22,339 nt of DNA, taken from a virus. The DNA lies in the UHGV virus genome UHGV-1966322; one strand, 5' to 3'. The notes below the pieces were generated by a model. It saw only the letters and a program-made list of their open reading frames with translations, made no database searches and was not told the origin of the DNA. Each line of letters begins with the position of its first letter. Positions within the stretch are counted from its first letter, which is position 1. Positions 18,531 to 22,339 of this stretch are shown one piece after another. Made by a program: the position numbers and the translations under genes.

Positions 18531-18568
18531 CGCCATGATTGTCTTTCTCCTGATGCAGGAAAAGCAGA

Positions 18569-18907
18569 ATGGCTAAATCAGCAACAGAGCACAAAGCCGA
18601 TCAGAGAGCCAAGCAAGCATCATCCGGTATGCGTAAGCTGGAGCTTGTACTTGATGCTCAGGAAATTGAAATGCTGGAGCGTAACTGTGCCACGCGTCGC
18701 TTCAGGCGTGCGCCTTGCGAGTTTGGTGAGTACATCGCGTTACTGAGCCGCCAGGATGATGCACGTGTGCGCTGGCGTATAAAATCGATCAGCAGAAAAC
18801 GGTGCGGTAAGTGCGGCGAGAGAGTTCCTGTTAATTCATGCCCGTGTAATGGTGACTCACAATGCTGGGTGACCAAAGGCTGGCACGAAACAAAATTAAT
18901 GATATAA
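18569..18907 (+). CDS. Hypothetical protein (112 aa) with C-terminal Cys-rich zinc-ribbon-like motif
   Basis: ATG preceded by aggaaa; C-terminal CGKCGERVPVNSCPCNGDSQC; no family recognised. Confidence 0.5.
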   Translation: MAKSATEHKADQRAKQASSGMRKLELVLDAQEIEMLERNCATRRFRRAPCEFGEYIALLSRQDDARVRWRIKSISRKRCGKCGERVPVNSCPCNGDSQCWVTKGWHETKLMI

Positions 18908-18935
18908 ATCTCTGTGACATGTCACGGAGGCGGCA

Positions 18936-19364
18936 ATGAAATTAGACCAGCAATATCTAAAAGATCTACTTATCGCATTCGAAAAAACTCGTGGCCCTGA
19001 CACGATGCTTAGTGAACTAGAGGATAATGGCTTTAATAGATATGACCAAGATTTTATTTTCCATATGCGATTATTATGTGACTACGAATTAATAGTCAGG
19101 GTTGATGGAAAACCTGGGTTCGGTCATATATTGTCCAAAGCGTTAGGGGAAGGTGTTGGATATAGTTGGATCGAAGTACCACTGAGGTTGACAGCAAGAG
19201 GGCATGATTTTATTGCTGACTTACGTCAAAAGGATGTCTGGCAAGCTATAAAAACAAACTTTAAGGATGAGGGAATTAGTACACTTATGAGTGTTTCAAA
19301 ATCACTAGCAAAAGGCTTTGCAAGGAAAAAGATAAAAGATATTACAGGAATAGATATTGAATAA
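18936..19364 (+). CDS. Hypothetical protein (142 aa), AT-rich moron
   Basis: Strong Shine-Dalgarno ggagg before the ATG; AT-rich coding sequence; followed by an intrinsic terminator; no family recognised. Confidence 0.65.
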   Translation: MKLDQQYLKDLLIAFEKTRGPDTMLSELEDNGFNRYDQDFIFHMRLLCDYELIVRVDGKPGFGHILSKALGEGVGYSWIEVPLRLTARGHDFIADLRQKDVWQAIKTNFKDEGISTLMSVSKSLAKGFARKKIKDITGIDIE

Positions 19365-19409
19365 TTCTTAGCATCAAGCAACTACTGCCTTTGGTGGAAA
19401 TTATATCTG

Positions 19410-19436
19410 AACTCGCTACGGCGAGTTTTGTTTTAT
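19410..19436 (+). terminator. Intrinsic terminator after the 142-aa gene
   Basis: aactcgc-tacg-gcgagtt hairpin (7-bp stem) followed by ttgttttat. Confidence 0.55.
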
Positions 19437-19447
19437 GGAGATGATAA

Positions 19448-19615
19448 ATGCACTTCCGAGTCACAGGTGAATGGAATGGAGAGCCATTCAACAGGGTTAT
19501 CGAAGCAGAGAACATCAACGACTGTTATAACCACTGGATGATATGGGCGCAGATAGCACATGCAGACGTAACCAATATTCGAATTGAAGAACTGAAAGAA
19601 CACCAAGCCGCCTGA
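19448..19615 (+). CDS. Small protein (55 aa) upstream of xis, lambda orf55-like
   Basis: Manual translation MHFRVTGEWNGEPFNRVIEAENINDCYNHWMIWAQIAHADVTNIRIEELKEHQAA; Shine-Dalgarno ggag upstream; recalled as a conserved small lambda ORF. Confidence 0.6.
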   Translation: MHFRVTGEWNGEPFNRVIEAENINDCYNHWMIWAQIAHADVTNIRIEELKEHQAA

Positions 19616-19630
19616 TGGCGGTTTTTTCTT
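19606..19630 (+). terminator. Hairpin plus T-tract just upstream of xis; candidate N-sensitive intrinsic terminator
   Basis: ccgcc-tgat-ggcgg hairpin followed by ttttttcttg; overlaps the stop of the 55-aa ORF. Confidence 0.5.
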
Positions 19631-19654
19631 GCGTGTAATTGCGGAGACTTTGCG

Positions 19655-19873
19655 ATGTACTTGACACTTCAGGAGTGGAACGCACGCCAGCGACGCCCAA
19701 GAAGCCTTGAAACAGTTCGTCGATGGGTACGCGAGTGCAGGATATTCCCTCCTCCGGTTAAGGATGGAAGAGAGTATCTGTTCCACGAATCAGCGGTAAA
19801 GGTTGACTTAAATCGACCAGTAACAGGTAGCCTTTTGAAGAGGATCAGAAATGGGAAGAAGGCGAAGTCATGA
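19655..19873 (+). CDS. xis: Excisionase Xis (72 aa)
   Basis: Translation MYLTLQEWNARQRRPRSLETVRRWVRECRIFPPPVKDGREYLFHESAVKVDLNRPVTGSLLKRIRNGKKAKS matches lambda Xis from memory. Confidence 0.95.
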   Translation: MYLTLQEWNARQRRPRSLETVRRWVRECRIFPPPVKDGREYLFHESAVKVDLNRPVTGSLLKRIRNGKKAKS

Positions 19874-20921
19874 GCGCCGGGATTTACCCCCTAACCTTTA
19901 TATAAGAAACAATGGATATTACTGCTACAGGGACCCAAGGACGGGTAAAGAGTTTGGATTAGGCAGAGACAGGCGAATCGCAATCACTGAAGCTATACAG
20001 GCCAACATTGAGTTATTTTCAGGACACAAACACAAGCCTCTGACAGCGAGAATCAACAGTGATAATTCCGTTACGTTACATTCATGGCTTGATCGCTACG
20101 AAAAAATCCTGGCCAGCAGAGGAATCAAGCAGAAGACACTCATAAATTACATGAGCAAAATTAAAGCAATAAGGAGGGGTCTGCCTGATGCTCCACTTGA
20201 AGACATCACCACAAAAGAAATTGCGGCAATGCTCAATGGATACATAGACGAGGGCAAGGCGGCGTCAGCCAAGTTAATCAGATCAACACTGAGCGATGCA
20301 TTCCGAGAGGCAATAGCTGAAGGCCATATAACAACAAACCCTGTCGCTGCCACTCGCGCAGCAAAATCAGAGGTAAGGAGATCAAGACTTACGGCTGACG
20401 AATACCTGAAAATTTATCAAGCAGCAGAATCATCACCATGTTGGCTCAGACTTGCAATGGAACTGGCTGTTGTTACCGGGCAACGAGTTGGTGATTTATG
20501 CGAAATGAAGTGGTCTGATATCGTAGATGGATATCTTTATGTCGAGCAAAGCAAAACAGGCGTAAAAATTGCCATCCCAACAGCATTGCATGTTGATGCT
20601 CTCGGAATATCAATGAAGGAAACACTTGATAAATGCAAAGAGATTCTTGGCGGAGAAACCATAATTGCATCTACTCGTCGCGAACCGCTTTCATCCGGCA
20701 CAGTATCAAGGTATTTTATGCGCGCACGAAAAGCATCAGGTCTTTCCTTCGAAGGGGATCCGCCTACCTTTCACGAGTTGCGCAGTTTGTCTGCAAGACT
20801 CTATGAGAAGCAGATAAGCGATAAGTTTGCTCAACATCTTCTCGGGCATAAGTCGGACACCATGGCATCACAGTATCGTGATGACAGAGGCAGGGAGTGG
20901 GACAAAATTGAAATCAAATAA
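19851..20921 (+). CDS. int: Integrase Int (356 aa), tyrosine recombinase
   Basis: Translation MGRRRSHERRDLPPNLYIRNNGYYCYRDPRTGKEFGLGRDRRIAITEAIQANIELFSGHKHKPLTARINSDNSVTLHSWLDRYEKILASRGIKQKT... matches lambda Int from memory; overlaps xis as in lambda. Confidence 0.95.
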   Translation: MGRRRSHERRDLPPNLYIRNNGYYCYRDPRTGKEFGLGRDRRIAITEAIQANIELFSGHKHKPLTARINSDNSVTLHSWLDRYEKILASRGIKQKTLINYMSKIKAIRRGLPDAPLEDITTKEIAAMLNGYIDEGKAASAKLIRSTLSDAFREAIAEGHITTNPVAATRAAKSEVRRSRLTADEYLKIYQAAESSPCWLRLAMELAVVTGQRVGDLCEMKWSDIVDGYLYVEQSKTGVKIAIPTALHVDALGISMKETLDKCKEILGGETIIASTRREPLSSGTVSRYFMRARKASGLSFEGDPPTFHELRSLSARLYEKQISDKFAQHLLGHKSDTMASQYRDDRGREWDKIEIK

Positions 20922-20924
20922 TGA

Positions 20925-21024
20925 TTTTATTTTGACTGATAGTGACCTGTTCGTTGCAACAAATTGATAAGCAATGCTTTTTTATAATGCCAACTTAGTA
21001 TAAAAAAGCAGGCTTCAACGGATT
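20925..21024 (-). other. attL: attL (phage P' arm + 15-bp core + bacterial B arm); prophage/host junction
   Basis: Reverse complement reads gaagcctGCTTTTTTATACTAAgttggcattataaaaaagcattgcttatcaatttgttgcaacgaacaggtcactatcagtcaaaataaaatcat: lambda core GCTTTTTTATACTAA (20995-21009) with the phage P' arm on the int side and host sequence on the other. Confidence 0.85.
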
Positions 21025-21055
21025 CATTTTTCTATTTCATAGCCCGGAGCAACCT

Positions 21056-22339
21056 GTGAACACATTTTCAGTTTCCCGTCTGGCGCTGGCATTGGCTTTT
21101 GGCGTGACGCTGACCGCCTGTAGCTCAACCCCGCCCGATCAACGTCCTTCTGATCAAACCGCGCCTGGTACCTCTTCTCGCCCGATTCTGTCGGCAAAAG
21201 AAGCGCAGAATTTCGATGCTCAACACTATTTTGCATCCCTGACACCAGGTGCTGCAGCGTGGAATCCTTCCCCGATTACCCTGCCTGCGCAACCTGACTT
21301 TGTTGTCGGCCCGGCGGGCACTCAAGGTGTAACGCATACCACGATTCAGGCGGCGGTAGATGCGGCAATTATCAAGCGTACCAACAAGCGCCAGTATATT
21401 GCCGTGATGCCTGGTGAGTATCAGGGAACGGTATATGTCCCTGCCGCTCCGGGTGGAATTACTCTGTACGGTACAGGTGAAAAACCGATTGATGTGAAGA
21501 TTGGGCTTTCCCTTGATGGTGGCATGAGCCCTGCCGACTGGCGTCACGACGTCAACCCGCGCGGCAAATATATGCCAGGTAAACCAGCGTGGTATATGTA
21601 CGATAGCTGCCAGAGCAAACGCAGCGACAGTATCGGTGTTCTCTGCTCTGCGGTCTTCTGGTCACAAAACAATGGCCTGCAACTGCAAAATCTGACCATC
21701 GAAAACACGCTGGGCGATAGCGTAGATGCAGGTAACCATCCGGCGGTGGCACTGCGTACTGATGGTGACCTGGTACAGATTAACAACGTTAACATTCTCG
21801 GTCGTCAGAACACCTTCTTTGTCACCAACAGCGGTGTGCAGAACCGTCTGGAAACCAACCATCAGCCGCGTACGCTGGTGACCAACAGCTACATTGAAGG
21901 GGATGTGGATATCGTTTCTGGTCGCGGCGCAGTGGTGTTCGATAACACCGAATTCCGCGTGGTGAACTCACGTACTCAGCAAGAAGCGTATGTGTTTGCA
22001 CCGGCTACGCTGTCCAACATTTACTACGGTTTCCTCGCCGTAAACAGCCGTTTCAATGCTTTCGGTGATGGTGTGGCGCAACTGGGCCGCTCGCTGGATG
22101 TTGATGCCAATACCAACGGTCAGGTGGTGATCCGTGATAGCGCCATCAACGAAGGTTTTAACACGGCTAAACCGTGGGCCGATGCGGTGATCTCTAATCG
22201 TCCGTTTGCGGGTAATACCGGCAGCGTAGATGATAACGACGAAATACAGCGCAATCTGAATGACACTAACTACAACCGCATGTGGGAATACAATAACCGC
22301 GGCGTGGGTAGTAAAGTGGTTGCAGAGGCGAAGAAGTAA
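21056..22339 (+). CDS. ybhC: Host lipoprotein YbhC (427 aa), pectinesterase-like / acyl-CoA thioesterase
   Basis: GTG start; lipoprotein signal MNTFSVSRLALALAFGVTLTAC; recalled as E. coli YbhC, the gene flanking attB-lambda on the gal side; complete ORF ending at the window edge. Confidence 0.85.
   Translation: MNTFSVSRLALALAFGVTLTACSSTPPDQRPSDQTAPGTSSRPILSAKEAQNFDAQHYFASLTPGAAAWNPSPITLPAQPDFVVGPAGTQGVTHTTIQAAVDAAIIKRTNKRQYIAVMPGEYQGTVYVPAAPGGITLYGTGEKPIDVKIGLSLDGGMSPADWRHDVNPRGKYMPGKPAWYMYDSCQSKRSDSIGVLCSAVFWSQNNGLQLQNLTIENTLGDSVDAGNHPAVALRTDGDLVQINNVNILGRQNTFFVTNSGVQNRLETNHQPRTLVTNSYIEGDVDIVSGRGAVVFDNTEFRVVNSRTQQEAYVFAPATLSNIYYGFLAVNSRFNAFGDGVAQLGRSLDVDANTNGQVVIRDSAINEGFNTAKPWADAVISNRPFAGNTGSVDDNDEIQRNLNDTNYNRMWEYNNRGVGSKVVAEAKK

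Noticed and set aside
18429-18746. 105-aa ORF as a complete gene
   Set aside because: Only its first 30 or so codons show S24-peptidase-like similarity; it lacks a start codon and overlaps the better-supported 18569..18907 ORF. Treated as a gene fragment instead.
19433-19786. 117-aa minus-strand ORF
   Set aside because: Antisense across the 55-aa ORF and xis.
21125-21862. Minus-strand ORFs inside ybhC
   Set aside because: Antisense shadow ORFs within the host ybhC coding sequence.

Overview
This window is the right-hand part of a lambdoid prophage integrated at the E. coli lambda attachment site, read in reverse of the conventional lambda map, followed by host DNA. The prophage runs from window start to the attL core (20995-21009); the host gene ybhC follows (21056-22339). 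Order along the + strand: terminase A (5' part, - strand) and Nu1, cos, an AT-rich orphan gene, a non-lambda lysis cassette (Rz/Rz1, SAR endolysin, holin), a Q-slot protein, rusA, a DUF2591-like gene, then lambda-type ninD/ninC/ninB/ren/P/O with ori iterons and cII, a phage-434-type immunity region (cro, OR, cI, OL), lambda N/sieB/ral/ea10/cIII/kil/gam/bet/exo, a non-lambda accessory region with two AT-rich morons, and xis/int. All protein identifications come from recognising translated sequences from memory and reading motifs by eye; no database search or numerical GC calculation was possible. The best candidates for undescribed biology are the AT-rich 295-aa orphan gene between the spanins and cos, the secreted protein co-transcribed with cI in the rex slot, and the two terminator-bounded morons between exo and xis. 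None of these has a function I can assign.
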